Below, one piece after another: positions 7,617-18,800 of a stretch of 64,000 bases of DNA. The first letter of the stretch is position 1. Each line of letters opens with the position of its first letter. A program made the position numbers and the translations under genes. The notes below the pieces were generated by a model that worked only from the letters and a program-made list of their open reading frames with translations, was not told where the DNA came from and searched no databases. The stretch comes from an uncultured Gammaproteobacteria bacterium (GTDB lineage Bacteria; Pseudomonadota; Gammaproteobacteria; Steroidobacterales; Steroidobacteraceae): contig CAVXRM010000001.1 in NCBI GenBank assembly GCA_963764065.1, forward strand, positions 58 through 64,057, read 5' to 3'.

Positions 7617-8092
7617 TTAGTCCGCGGGCCGGTCGGGTATTCGCTGCCGTCACGATGCCGGTAGACACTCTCGCCCTTCAGTATCTGCAGGTCGATGTCC
7701 GGATAATCCACGGCCTCTTCGGTCGGACGCCGCGAGCCTACTTCAAGCACCAGCGCATCGGCGTTCGAGCGATTCTGCAACTGGTGGCCGTCGGCCACAC
7801 CGGCCTTGAATCCGGCGCAGTCGCCGGCGCGCAGCACTTCCTCACCCTGGTTGGTGACCAGGACGACTTCGCCAGCCAACACGTAGACGAATTCGTCCTC
7901 GGCGGCGTGCCAGTGCCGCTGGCTCGACCAGGTGCCCGGCGGCAGGCGCAGGCGATTGACGCCGAACTGCGTGAGTCCGGCCGCATCGCCGAGTCGCGAG
8001 CGATGTCGCTCCCGGCAGGGCACATCGTAGGGTGGCGGATAGCGGGTGCCCGTCAATACCTGAACCTGGTCTTCATTGATCTTCGCGCTCAT
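7613..8092 (-). CDS. cupin domain protein
   Basis: HWHAAEDEFVYVLAGEV...GDCAGF is a cupin motif. Start taken at MSAKINED. Confidence 0.75.
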   Translation of the reverse strand: MSAKINEDQVQVLTGTRYPPPYDVPCRERHRSRLGDAAGLTQFGVNRLRLPPGTWSSQRHWHAAEDEFVYVLAGEVVLVTNQGEEVLRAGDCAGFKAGVADGHQLQNRSNADALVLEVGSRRPTEEAVDYPDIDLQILKGESVYRHRDGSEYPTGPRTK

Positions 8093-8108
8093 ACCGTACT
8101 CCGATGAT

Positions 8109-9329
8109 TCATCGCGTTGCCGATTGCGTCGCAGGCAGCACCTGCGCGCGCGCCACCGCCGGCCGCGCATCGCGCTGGTAGGGCCAGGGCAGGGTGTCCA
8201 GTGTAGCGAGCAGCGCATGCACGAAAGCGTCCTGGCGACGCCGTGCAGTGCGCACCGGCACGCCATGATTCAGGATCGCGAAGTAGACCGTGCCGCGATC
8301 GCGGGTGGCGATCGCGCCGATGAGTGCGCTGGCGCCATAGTCACCGAAGGTGCCGGTCTTGCCAACCACGCGACCGCTGTCGGTGCTGCTGTTCAGGCGA
8401 TCGCGCAGCGTGCCATCGTCGACGCCGGCAACGGGGAGGATATCGACCAGCGTATGGCCGCTGCGCGCGAGTTCCTGCTCGAGCGCACGCAGCAGTTTGA
8501 CCGCGACCCTGGGGCTGAGCCGATTGCGCGCGTCGGTGCCGGCGCCATCGCCGAGGATGATCTCGCCGCGCATGTCGGCCGGTACCACATCGCACGCCAA
8601 TGCCTGTACGGCAGTGGCGCCGCCCGCGGCATCGGCGAGCGGCTTGAAGATGTTGTTGGAGTAATCGTTCAGCCCCTTGACCAGGGGTATCAGCGGTTGC
8701 GAGCGATGCAGCAGGAGCGGTGCGACGCTGGCCGCAGCTTCGGTACTCGCGGCATCGCCGAACACCAGCGCCGGGGCGCGGCTGCTCGCGGTGGCGGGCA
8801 AGTCGGGAAAGGCGGCGCGCACCTCGTCCCACGCGGCCTGCGGAGCGCGGCCCTCCAGTGAGGCGCGCAGCCGCGGCGCCAGTGTGTCATCGCGCCAGTT
8901 GAACATCAGCGGACCTGTGAGCCGCAGCGTGCCGCTGACCCGCTGCACGCCCAGGTCGCGCAGCGCGGCGCCTACCAGCAGCGCGTTCTCGTCCACGAAG
9001 TAGGGATCGCCGCTCCCTTCGATCAGCAGATCGCCCTGCAGGATGCCAGCACTCACGGGGCCCGTGGCCGCGATCGTGGTAGTGAACCGGTAGTCGGGCC
9101 CGAGCCTGCGCAACAGTGCCAGCGTGGTGGGTACCTTGGAGACCGAAGCCGGATGTACCGCGCGGGCCGCCGCTTGTGCCAGCAAGACAGTGCCATCGCC
9201 CGCCTCCACGTAGACTCCCTGGCCGGCGCCCAGCAGGCGTTGCGCCAGCGAGGCGAGCGCGTCCGTGGCGCCGGCGGGTAGGCTCGCGCAGCACAACAGC
9301 AGCAAGATTGCAGCGGGCTTGCGGGTCAA
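8109..9329 (-). CDS. dacB: D-alanyl-D-alanine carboxypeptidase/endopeptidase (PBP4, peptidase S13)
   Basis: Signal peptide, SVSKV (SxxK) active site, and KTGT near the C-terminus. Confidence 0.8.
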   Translation of the reverse strand: MTRKPAAILLLLCCASLPAGATDALASLAQRLLGAGQGVYVEAGDGTVLLAQAAARAVHPASVSKVPTTLALLRRLGPDYRFTTTIAATGPVSAGILQGDLLIEGSGDPYFVDENALLVGAALRDLGVQRVSGTLRLTGPLMFNWRDDTLAPRLRASLEGRAPQAAWDEVRAAFPDLPATASSRAPALVFGDAASTEAAASVAPLLLHRSQPLIPLVKGLNDYSNNIFKPLADAAGGATAVQALACDVVPADMRGEIILGDGAGTDARNRLSPRVAVKLLRALEQELARSGHTLVDILPVAGVDDGTLRDRLNSSTDSGRVVGKTGTFGDYGASALIGAIATRDRGTVYFAILNHGVPVRTARRRQDAFVHALLATLDTLPWPYQRDARPAVARAQVLPATQSATR

Positions 9330-9400
9330 GCTTTTCTCCGATCGGCGCAGCTTGGTTTGGAAATGCGATAATGCCTCAATAAATCCCCGGGGGACATGAC

Positions 9401-11653
9401 ATGTCGGAACACCATTGGCGGCGCGTGGGTCTCCCCGCGGCGCTGGTCATTTTGCCACTGCTGGCGGTCGCAGTGAGCACGACCTCGACCACAGATGCGA
9501 GTGAAGTCACGGCTGTCGCGACAGCGCTTGACCCGGCCAATCCCTTTGCAGCCCCGAGCAGCTTGCCCTACCAGCTGCCGCCCTTCGATCGCATCCACGA
9601 TGGCGATTTCATGCCGGCTTTCACCGCCGGCATGGCCGAGCAGCTGCGTGAAGTGCAGGCGATCACCAGCAATCCCGAGCCTGCCAGCTTCGAGAACACC
9701 TCGCTGGCGCTGGAGAAAACCGGGCGCCTGCTCGGGCGCGTCGGCCGGACCTTCAATTCCCTCAATGCCTCGCACGGGAGCGAGGCCACGCAGAAGATCG
9801 AGGCCGACACGGCGCCACTGCTGGCCGCGCACAGCGATGCGATCAACCTGGATGTGGCGCTGTTCAAGCGCATCGACGATTTGTACCAGCGACGCAGCAG
9901 TCTCGGCCTCGATGCCGAATCGCTGGCGCTGCTCGAGCGGCAGCACCTCGACTTGGTGCGTGCCGGGGCGATGCTGCCCGAAGCGGCCAAGGCGCAGCTG
10001 CGTCACTACAACACGGAGATCTCGACGCTGGCATCGCAGTTCGGCCAGAATCTGCTCAAGGAGGCACGCGATGGCGGCGTGCTCGTCGACCAGCTGAGCG
10101 AGCTCGACGGACTGTCGGCGGCGCAGGTCGCTACCGCGGCCGAGGTGGCCAAGGCGCACGGCATGCCGGGCAAATGGATGCTGCCGCTGCAGAACACGAC
10201 CACGCAGCCGGTACTGGCGCAGCTGAAGAATCGCGCGCTGCGCGAGCGCATCTACAAGGCATCGGTGACACGCGCCAGCAGCGGCGCCACCAACAACCTG
10301 CCGGTGTTGCTGCAGCTGTCGAAGCTGCGCGCCGAGCGCGCGCAACTGCTGGGCTACGCGAGTCATGCGGCCTACACGCTGGAAGACGAGTCCGCGGGCA
10401 CACCGGCCGCCGTCGACGCCATGCTCAAGCAGCTGGCCGGACCGACACGCGCCGCGGTATCGCGCGAGACGGCGGCGATCCGCGCGTTGATTGCGCAGCA
10501 GGCGGCCAAGGCACACACCCGGCCCTTCGAGCCGCAGGCCTGGGACTGGGATTTCTACGCCGAGCAGGTGCGCAAGGCGCGCTATGACTTCAATGAAGAA
10601 GAGGTCAAGCCCTACTTCGAACTGAATCGCGTGCTCCAGGATGGCGTGTTCTACGCGGCGCACGAACTGTTCGGGCTCACCTTCAAGGAGCGCAAGGATC
10701 TGCCGGTCTACGGCCCCGACGTCGGTGTCTACGAAGTCTTCGATGCCGATGGCTCGGCGCTGGCGCTGTTCTACACCGATTACTTCGCGCGCGACTACAA
10801 GAACGGCGGCGCCTGGATGAGCAATTTCGTCGAGCAGTCGCAGCTCTTCGGCTTGCGGCCGATCGTCGTCAACAACGTCAACATCGACAAGCCCGCGCCC
10901 GGGCAGCCGGTGCTGCTGAGCTTCGATGAGGTGCGCACGCTGTTCCATGAATTCGGCCACGCCCTGCATGGCATGCTCTCGAACGTGAAATACGAGAGCC
11001 TGGCAGGCGCCAACACCACGCGCGATTTCGTCGAGTTCCCCTCGCAGTACAACGAGATGTGGGCGCGCGAGCCGGTGGTGCTGGCACACTATGCGCGCCA
11101 CTACCAGACCGGCGCACCGCTGCCGCCGGCGCTGCTGCAGCGGATCCTCGCCGCGCAGAATTTCAACCAGGGTCATGACACGGCGGAGAAGATCACCGCC
11201 GCGGCGATCGACATGGCCTTCCACCAGCTGAAGCCCCAACAGGTGCCGGCACCCGACGAGGTTGCCGCCTTCGAGCGGCAGACCATGAAGTCGCTGGGGC
11301 TGGACCTCGATGCGGTGCCGCCGCGCTACTACGCCCCGTATTTCCGCCACGTGTTCGCCGATGAGTATTCGGCCGGTTACTACGCCTATTTGTGGAGCGA
11401 GGTGCTGGCGCGCGATACGGGTCAGTGGCTGCATGAGCACGGCGGCCTGACGCGCGCGAACGGACAGATCCTGCGCGACAAGGTGCTCTCGCGCGGCCGT
11501 ACCCAGAGTCCCCAGCAGCTGTTCCAGGATTTCTACGGACACGCACCCGATGCCGGTCCGCTGCTCGAGTACCACGGACTCAAGCCCAGCGCGGCGCCCA
11601 AGTCGAAGCTCACGCCCAGCGCGCGCGCCGCGCCGCAGTCTGGCCAGCATTGA
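9401..11653 (+). CDS. dcp: M3-family peptidyl-dipeptidase
   Basis: 750 aa with a signal peptide and the HEFGHALH zinc motif. Confidence 0.85.
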   Translation: MSEHHWRRVGLPAALVILPLLAVAVSTTSTTDASEVTAVATALDPANPFAAPSSLPYQLPPFDRIHDGDFMPAFTAGMAEQLREVQAITSNPEPASFENTSLALEKTGRLLGRVGRTFNSLNASHGSEATQKIEADTAPLLAAHSDAINLDVALFKRIDDLYQRRSSLGLDAESLALLERQHLDLVRAGAMLPEAAKAQLRHYNTEISTLASQFGQNLLKEARDGGVLVDQLSELDGLSAAQVATAAEVAKAHGMPGKWMLPLQNTTTQPVLAQLKNRALRERIYKASVTRASSGATNNLPVLLQLSKLRAERAQLLGYASHAAYTLEDESAGTPAAVDAMLKQLAGPTRAAVSRETAAIRALIAQQAAKAHTRPFEPQAWDWDFYAEQVRKARYDFNEEEVKPYFELNRVLQDGVFYAAHELFGLTFKERKDLPVYGPDVGVYEVFDADGSALALFYTDYFARDYKNGGAWMSNFVEQSQLFGLRPIVVNNVNIDKPAPGQPVLLSFDEVRTLFHEFGHALHGMLSNVKYESLAGANTTRDFVEFPSQYNEMWAREPVVLAHYARHYQTGAPLPPALLQRILAAQNFNQGHDTAEKITAAAIDMAFHQLKPQQVPAPDEVAAFERQTMKSLGLDLDAVPPRYYAPYFRHVFADEYSAGYYAYLWSEVLARDTGQWLHEHGGLTRANGQILRDKVLSRGRTQSPQQLFQDFYGHAPDAGPLLEYHGLKPSAAPKSKLTPSARAAPQSGQH

Positions 11654-12465
11654 ACGGCGGGCGTTTCGCGGGCCGCACGGTACTGATCACCGGTGCCTCC
11701 TCCGGCATCGGCACGGCGCTCGCGCGCGAGTTCGCCCGCCAGGGTGCGGTGCTGGTGCTGGCAGCGCGACGCCTGGAGCGGCTTGAGTCGCTCGCGCAGG
11801 AGCTGCGCGCCCACGGCACCGAGGTGCTGGCGCTGGCCTGCGATGTCACGCGCGACGGTGATTGCGAGCGCGTCGTGGCCGAGGTGCACAACGCCGGCCG
11901 CCGGCTCGATGTCGTGGTGGCGAACGCCGGCTTTGGTGTGGCTGGTGCCTTCAGCAAGCTGACGCTGGCCGACTACCAGCGCCAGTTCGACACCAATGTC
12001 CATGGCGTGATGCGCACGCTCCGTGCGGGCCTGCCCGATGTGCTGCAGCAGCGCGGGAGCCTGGTGATCATCGGCAGCGTCGCGGGTCATGTGGCGATGC
12101 CGGGGAATTCCGCCTACGCGATGAGCAAGTTTGCGGTGCACGCGCTCGCCTACGCATTGCGCGGCGAGCTGCGTCGCCACGGCGTGAGCGTCACGCTGAT
12201 TTCACCGGGCTTCGTGCATTCGGATATCCGCCGCGTCGACAATCTCGGCCAACTGCATGCCGGGCTGCCCGATTCCATGCCCGACTGGGTGCTGGCCGAT
12301 CCTGCGCGGGTGGCGCGCGTAGTAGTGCGCGCAGTGCACCGTCGGGTGCGCGAGCGGGTCGTGACCGGTCACGGCCGGGCGCTGGTGTGGGTCTACCGCC
12401 ATATGCCCTGGCTCTTCAATGCCGCGCTGCGCGTCTGGCATCCGGTGCGCAAAGTGGTGCGCTAG
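11650..12465 (+). CDS. SDR-family oxidoreductase
   Basis: TGASSGIG Rossmann motif and YAMSK catalytic motif. Overlaps the dcp stop. Confidence 0.85.
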   Translation: MNGGRFAGRTVLITGASSGIGTALAREFARQGAVLVLAARRLERLESLAQELRAHGTEVLALACDVTRDGDCERVVAEVHNAGRRLDVVVANAGFGVAGAFSKLTLADYQRQFDTNVHGVMRTLRAGLPDVLQQRGSLVIIGSVAGHVAMPGNSAYAMSKFAVHALAYALRGELRRHGVSVTLISPGFVHSDIRRVDNLGQLHAGLPDSMPDWVLADPARVARVVVRAVHRRVRERVVTGHGRALVWVYRHMPWLFNAALRVWHPVRKVVR

Positions 12466-12574
12466 CAACTGCCCGTGACGGCATGAGCGGCTGCTTTTGC
12501 GGCATGAGCGGGCGATAAGGAGGCGCTGGGCGACGCGTCTTGATTTTTGGTGCGCCCAGCCATCAGGATCCGGC

Positions 12575-13720
12575 ATGGAAGCAGCAGAGGAATCACTCGA
12601 CGCCAGTGCGGAAACGCCCGATGTCCCCTGGTCGCTGATCCTGCTGGCCGGTGGTGCAGGCTGGCTGGTCGTCACCGTGCTGGCGCTGCTGTGGATGTCC
12701 CCGATGAGCGGCCGGATGGTCGGCAACGTGTACTACGTGAGCACGGGTGCGCGCGCGGTGCAGCACCTGATGGTGTTCGGCCTGTCGGTGCTGGCCTACC
12801 GCGTGAGCTTCTGGCGCGGCACGCCCACCTACCGCACGAGGCCGCTGGTATTCATCGCCATGCAGATCGTGCTGGCGGCCATCGTGGTGAGGCTGGCGCC
12901 GTTCACCACGGCGCTGGCTGGCGGCCTCGTCGATCACCGCTACGCAGACATGCACGACACCATCAAGGGCTGGCTGCCATTCGCGCCCAGCTTCTGGGAA
13001 TGGCTGTTGCCGCTGCAGTTCTTCATGGCGCCCTACCTGCTGGGCCTGGCGATGATCGGCATGGTGCAGATGGCGCGCGATTATCATCGCGAGTCGCTGC
13101 GTTCGGCGCGCCTGTGGGCGGCCTATGCGGAGACGCGATTGAAAATGCTTTCGACCCAGCTGCAGCCGCATTTTCTCTTCAATGCGCTGCATGCCGTCAG
13201 CGAACTGATCCACGAAGATGCCAACCGCGCCTCGATCATGCTGGCACGGCTCGGCGATTTCCTGCGCCACGCGCTCGAGAGCAGCCAGCAACCCTGGGTC
13301 AGCGTGTCAACGGAGATCGCCGGACTGGAAGCCTATCTCGCCGTGCAGCAGGCCCGCTTTCGCGATCAGCTGCGCGTCAGCATCACGATCAACCCGGAGG
13401 CCGCCCATTTGACGATACCCTCGATGCTGCTGCAACCATTGGCCGAGAACGCCATTGAACATGGACGCGCCGGTCCGTCGGCAGCGCTGGATGTGAGCGT
13501 GGCCGCGGCGGTGGTCGGTGAGCGCCTGCGCTTCACGATCCGCAACAGCACGCCACAGATGGCGGCACCGCTGTCACCCGAAAGCTATGGCAATGGACTG
13601 CGGAACGTACAGTTCCGGCTGCGCGCGGCCTACGGCAATGACGCGCAGCTGCTGGTCGGCCCCAATCCGGCGGGCGGCACCATCGCGACGCTGGACCTGC
13701 CAGCCCGGCGTGCCCAATGA
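12575..13720 (+). CDS. LytS/YehU-type sensor histidine kinase
   Basis: Multi-pass N-terminus, LQPHFLFNALH His-kinase box, and a C-terminal ATPase. The start is uncertain; the ORF opens at 12497. Confidence 0.8.
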   Translation: MEAAEESLDASAETPDVPWSLILLAGGAGWLVVTVLALLWMSPMSGRMVGNVYYVSTGARAVQHLMVFGLSVLAYRVSFWRGTPTYRTRPLVFIAMQIVLAAIVVRLAPFTTALAGGLVDHRYADMHDTIKGWLPFAPSFWEWLLPLQFFMAPYLLGLAMIGMVQMARDYHRESLRSARLWAAYAETRLKMLSTQLQPHFLFNALHAVSELIHEDANRASIMLARLGDFLRHALESSQQPWVSVSTEIAGLEAYLAVQQARFRDQLRVSITINPEAAHLTIPSMLLQPLAENAIEHGRAGPSAALDVSVAAAVVGERLRFTIRNSTPQMAAPLSPESYGNGLRNVQFRLRAAYGNDAQLLVGPNPAGGTIATLDLPARRAQ

Positions 13721-14499
13721 ATAGCGCACCAATCACCACGCTGGTCGTGGACGATGAACAGCTCGCGCGCCAGCGGTTACTGCGGCTGCTGGCCGGCAAT
13801 GCCGCGATCCGCGTGGTGGGCGAGTGTGCCTCGGTGGCCCAGGCGCTGGAGCTGGAAGTCGACGCGCCGGAACTGATCCTGCTGGACGTCAACATGCCAG
13901 CCAGTGATGGCTTCGAGTTGCTGCGCCGCTGGAACGATCGCGGCGTCGAGCCCTTCGTGATCTTCGTGACCGCATACTCGGAACATGCGATCAAGGCCTT
14001 CGAAGTGCATGCGGTCGACTATCTGCTGAAGCCCTTCGATGACGAGCGCTTCCACAAGGCCATTGCACGTGCACGGATGGCGATCGACGCGGAGCGCGCC
14101 GGCAATGGTGCCGTTGCCGAACGCGAGGTCAGGCTGGAGGAGCGCGCCGGATCCGCGGCCGTGCCATTCCCGAAGCGCCTGCTCATCGCCGAAGATGGCA
14201 AAGTGCTGTTCCTGCCGACCCGCGAGGTCGAGTTCGTCCAGTCGGCGGGCAAGTACGTGAAGGTATTCGCGCAGGGGCGCTGCCACCTGCTGCGACAACC
14301 CATGCATGAGCTGGAGTCGCGACTCGACCCCAACCAGTTCGTGCGCGTGCATCGCTCCAGCATCGTCAATGTGGACCAGATCGTGGAGATGCATCCACTG
14401 TTCCACGGCGACTACGAACTGGTGCTCAAGCGCGGCACTCGCCTGCCGATGAGCCGGCGCTTCCGCAGCCGCTTCGATCGCTTCCTGACTGATAACTGA
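13717..14499 (+). CDS. LytR/AlgR-family response regulator (REC + LytTR)
   Basis: LVVDDE...LLDVNMP receiver and a C-terminal LytTR domain (FVRVHRSSIVN). Overlaps the kinase stop. Confidence 0.9.
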   Translation: MNSAPITTLVVDDEQLARQRLLRLLAGNAAIRVVGECASVAQALELEVDAPELILLDVNMPASDGFELLRRWNDRGVEPFVIFVTAYSEHAIKAFEVHAVDYLLKPFDDERFHKAIARARMAIDAERAGNGAVAEREVRLEERAGSAAVPFPKRLLIAEDGKVLFLPTREVEFVQSAGKYVKVFAQGRCHLLRQPMHELESRLDPNQFVRVHRSSIVNVDQIVEMHPLFHGDYELVLKRGTRLPMSRRFRSRFDRFLTDN

Positions 14500-14626
14500 A
14501 CGCGCCCGTTCGCGCCCGACACCGTCCGCTCGTTGACCGCCTGCGGGCCGTCCACGCCGCATGCGTTGCCGCTGCGGTTGAGCCCCGGCACTGTCGCGCC
14601 GATGCCAGACTGCCTGTTGAAGACAC

Positions 14627-15619
14627 GTGCGACTGCTTGACCTCATCGCGCAGCACCCGGAACCCTTCCTGGTGCAGCAGGAGGACGGGCAGGTCGTGCA
14701 TCTTAGCGGCGCGGCGGACTTCGCCGGCGCCATTCGCACCTGTCCGCTGCGTTACGTGCTCGCCGACCAGCTGGTGCGCGACTGCACGGCGCTGGCGTAT
14801 TCCGATGGCGTGCAGATGGCCGAGTGCCTGGATCTCGTGCGCCTGCCGGCGCAGGAGTGGTGGGTGGAATGGAACGATGCTGCGCGGCTGGCGGAGTACT
14901 GTCGCGCAATGGACATTGCCGCGCCCGCGGATGCAGCCTCGGCAATCGCGCGCGCCGGCGTGCTGATCAGCGCCGCCGCTGGTGGCCGCCGCGGCACGAT
15001 GCGCAGTTTCTGGTGCAGCAAGGATACGCAGCAGGAGCCGCTGCTGGCGCCGCTGGAAATTCACTTCGATCTGGATGCCATCGCCACCGAGCATGGGAGC
15101 CTCGATGCGCTGCTGCAGGGCGCCTGCACTGCAGTGCCGATCGCGGCTGAGCCCGGTGTCAGCGCCGTACTGCAGCGGGCGCGCTACCGCTTCGATCGCA
15201 GCTGGCTCGACTACTACCGGAACAATGCGCGGGACAGCGGCGTCCGGCAGCAGCTGCTGCAGGAATCACTGGGTACAGTCGCCACGGATTTTCCGCTGGT
15301 GATCGCACTGCTGCTGATGATGACGGTGCGCGGTGGACTGCCGCAGCGCCAGGAAAACCTGGCGCAGCTCAACGCCAAGCGCATGCGGCTCGGCCGGGCA
15401 CCGCTACTCGAGCACATCGAAGTGTCATCACCGCTCGTGCCACAGCATTGGGCAGCGCAGTTCGCGTTCGCCGACAGCGCGCGTCGTGCGCCACGCCTGC
15501 ACCATGTGCGCGGACATCTGGTGCGACGTGCGAACGCGCTGTTCTGGCGTACGCCTCACTGGCGTGGACATCTGCGCATGGGGCAGGTGCGCACCCGCAC
15601 GGTGATGCTGCATTCCTGA
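14627..15619 (+). CDS. hypothetical protein (330 aa)
   Basis: Long GTG-initiated ORF with codon usage like its neighbours. No motif recognised. Confidence 0.4.
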   Translation: MRLLDLIAQHPEPFLVQQEDGQVVHLSGAADFAGAIRTCPLRYVLADQLVRDCTALAYSDGVQMAECLDLVRLPAQEWWVEWNDAARLAEYCRAMDIAAPADAASAIARAGVLISAAAGGRRGTMRSFWCSKDTQQEPLLAPLEIHFDLDAIATEHGSLDALLQGACTAVPIAAEPGVSAVLQRARYRFDRSWLDYYRNNARDSGVRQQLLQESLGTVATDFPLVIALLLMMTVRGGLPQRQENLAQLNAKRMRLGRAPLLEHIEVSSPLVPQHWAAQFAFADSARRAPRLHHVRGHLVRRANALFWRTPHWRGHLRMGQVRTRTVMLHS

Positions 15620-15808
15620 GCACATCGGCGGCGCGGGCAGCCGCTGTTGGATTTTCTCCACACGCTATCCCGACCGCGACACACACGCGCCGCTGGCGCA
15701 TCACCGGCTCCTCCGGTACCGGAACCGCACCCGCTGGCGCCGAGTGCGTTGCGCAGGCGGGTCATTGGTTTTTAGTCTGCTGCGATCGCACACCAGGGGG
15801 ATCCCAAG

Positions 15809-18800
15809 ATGCTCAGCAATTTCAAGAGAGGCAGCCTCATCGGTCTGATGCTGGCCGCCAGCCAGTGCCTGACAGCAATCAGCTACGCGGCCGACCAGCC
15901 CGCCAAAGTGGATAGCGGCGAGCTCGAGGAGGTCATCGTCACCGGCTCGCGTATCGCCACGCCCAATTCCACCAGCACGAGTCCGATACAGGTGGTGACC
16001 TCGCAGGACATCCTGGTGTCCGGCAAGTCCGACATCAGCGACATCATCAACCAGCTGCCGCAGAACTTTAACAACGACCTGGGCCAGGACCTCGGCAATC
16101 GCACCTCGGGCCTGTCGACCGCGGGTGGCGTGGCAACGGCGGACCTGCGTGGCCTGGGCCCGAATCGCACGCTGGTGCTGGTCGATGGCCGACGCCTGGG
16201 CGTGGGCTCGCCGAACACCGCCATCCAGTCGCCGGGACCTGACCTCGACCAGATTCCGGCGGCGCTGGTCGAGCGCGTCGAAGTGGTCACCGGCGGCGCC
16301 TCGGCGACCTATGGCTCCGATGCCATCGCCGGTGTCGTCAACTTCATCATGAAGAAGAATTTCCAGGGCCTGCAGATCGATGGCAACCTGAGTGAGTACT
16401 GGCACAACAATCACAATACCTTCGTGCAGAATGCGATGACTGCCGTAGGCGAAACGCCCGTGACCGGAAGCTCGATGGATGGGCGCAGCCGCAACTTCAC
16501 GATCACCGCTGGCGCCAACTTCGATGACGGCAAGGGCAATGTCACCGCGTATTTCGGTTACCTGAAGTCCGATCCGGTCGCCAGCGGCGACCGTGACTTT
16601 GGCGGTTGCCAGTTGAGTTCCGCGCCGACCAGCCTGCTCGATCCGCCGGTCTGCCTGGGGTCTTCGAACTCGAACTACTTCCGGCCGGATTCGCCGGGCA
16701 GTCCGAATGCGGGCGTGGCCTTCAGCGTGTTGGGCACCGACTTCATTCCGCGCGGATCGCAGCCCACCACGCCGCCGTCGCTGTTCAATTCTCAGCCGTA
16801 CATCTACATGAACCGCGGCGACCAGCGCTACACGGCCGGATTCAGTGGACATGTGGACCTGCAGGATTACGTCAGGCCCTACGTCGAATTCAATTTCATG
16901 AATGACCGCAGCCACCAGCAGATCGCGCCGGCGGCGCTGTTCCGCGACAGCAATCCCAACGATCCGACCGGCGCCGGCGACTACTACATCAACTGCAGCA
17001 ACCCGCTGATGAGCGCGCAGGAGCAGCAGACGCTGTGCACGCCGGCACAGATCGCCGCCGACCAGGCGGCCATTGCCGCTGGCCAGAATCCGGTCACGGT
17101 GCAGATGCGCATCGGCCGTCGCAACGTCGAAGGCGGCGGGCGTTTCTCCGACTATGAGCACACCAACTATCGCGCCGCCTTTGGCGCCAAGGGCGACCTC
17201 GGCGATGCCTGGACTTACGACGCCTATGGCCAGTTCTACTACACCACGTTCTACAACTCGAACAGCAAGTACCTGAGCTTCGCGAACATCGACAAGGCGC
17301 TGCTGGTGACCACCGATGCCGCCGGCAATCCGGTCTGCATCAGCGGCGGTTCGTGCGTACCGTACAACATCTTCCAGGATGGCGGCGTGACCGATGCGGC
17401 GCTCAACTACCTGTATCTGACGGGTACCGCGTATGGCTCAACCACGCTGCGTACCGTGCATGCCGACATGACCGGCCAGCTGGGCAAGTACGGCATCAAG
17501 CTGCCCACGGCCAGCGACGGCGTGGCGGTGAACATCGGCTATGAAGCCCGCAATGAGCATCTGCAGTTCGAGCCCGACTCGGCGGAAAAGAGCGGCCAGC
17601 TGTCCGGTGCCGGCAGCGCCGCGGTCGCCATCAATCGCAGCGTCTCGGTGAACGAGCAGTTCATCGAGGTGCGGGCACCGCTGGTGCAGGACAAGACGGG
17701 AATCAAGGACCTGCTGTTCGACACCGGCTTCCGCCGTTCCGACTACTCGACCTCGGGCCCCGTGAATGCCTACAAGTTCGAGGTGCAGTATGCGCCGACC
17801 GATTCGGTGCGCTTCCGGGCCTCCTACCAGCGCGCGATCCGCGCACCCAGCATCATTGAACTGTACAACCCGATCAATGTCGGCCTGATCCAGCTGGGCA
17901 ACGATCCTTGCGCGCCGCCCGCGAGCCGCTCGCTGGCCGATTGCCTGCACACGGTCTCGGCAGCGCAGGCGGCGGCGTTCACCGCGGCCTACAATGCCGG
18001 CACCATTCCGCAGGCGACGTTGGGCCAGCTCTCGCAGCTGACCGGCGGAAATCCCAATCTCAAGCCGGAGCAGGCTGACACCTATACCTACGGGTTGACC
18101 TTCAAGCCTTCGAAGCTGCCCAACTTCACCGGCAGCATCGACTACTACGACATCAAGCTCAAGGACACGGTGGGCGTGTTGCCGGCCAATATCATCCTGG
18201 CCAACTGCCTCGATACCGGAGATCCGGGGTACTGCAACAAGATCGTGCGCACGGCCAGCACCTTCGGCCTGGTAGGCAACAGCCTCAACTCACTGGGCTA
18301 CATCGAGCAGACCAACGTGAACGTGGGCGCCAACCAGGTCAGCGGCGTCGATCTGCAGGGTGGCTACAAACTGGCAATGCGTTCCGGCTGGGGTTCGCTG
18401 GCATTCACGTTGAATGGCGCCTACCTGCTGAAGAGCACCACCACGCCCACGCCGGTCTCGCATACCTACGACTGCGCCGGCTTGTTCGGATCGACCTGCC
18501 AGACGGTCAATCCGAAGTGGCACCATATCGTGCGCACCACCTGGCTCACGCCCTGGGATATGAATGTTTCGTTGACCTGGCGCTACATCGGCAGCGTCAA
18601 GCTCGACAACAACGACCCGGATCCCTCGCTGCACAACGCGGTGACCGGCTGGACCTTCCTGCCTCCCGGCTACAACGCCTTCGATGCCCGCTTCCCCTCG
18701 TTCAGCTACTTCGACCTGGCGGCGACCTGGGATGCCAGGAAGAGCCTGCAGCTGCGCGCCGGCATCAGCAACATGTTCGACAAGGATCCGCCGCTGGCAA

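Noticed and set aside
9326-11650. 774-aa minus-strand ORF
   Set aside because: It is antisense to the well-supported M3 peptidase gene. The Arg/Leu/Gly-rich composition is typical of shadow ORFs in high-GC DNA.
15620-15808. Possible riboswitch (e.g. cobalamin) in the leader of the TonB-dependent receptor
   Set aside because: I could not find a B12-box or other conserved riboswitch core by eye. This needs an Rfam scan.
15701-17161. 486-aa minus-strand ORF
   Set aside because: Shadow ORF antisense to the TonB-dependent receptor.
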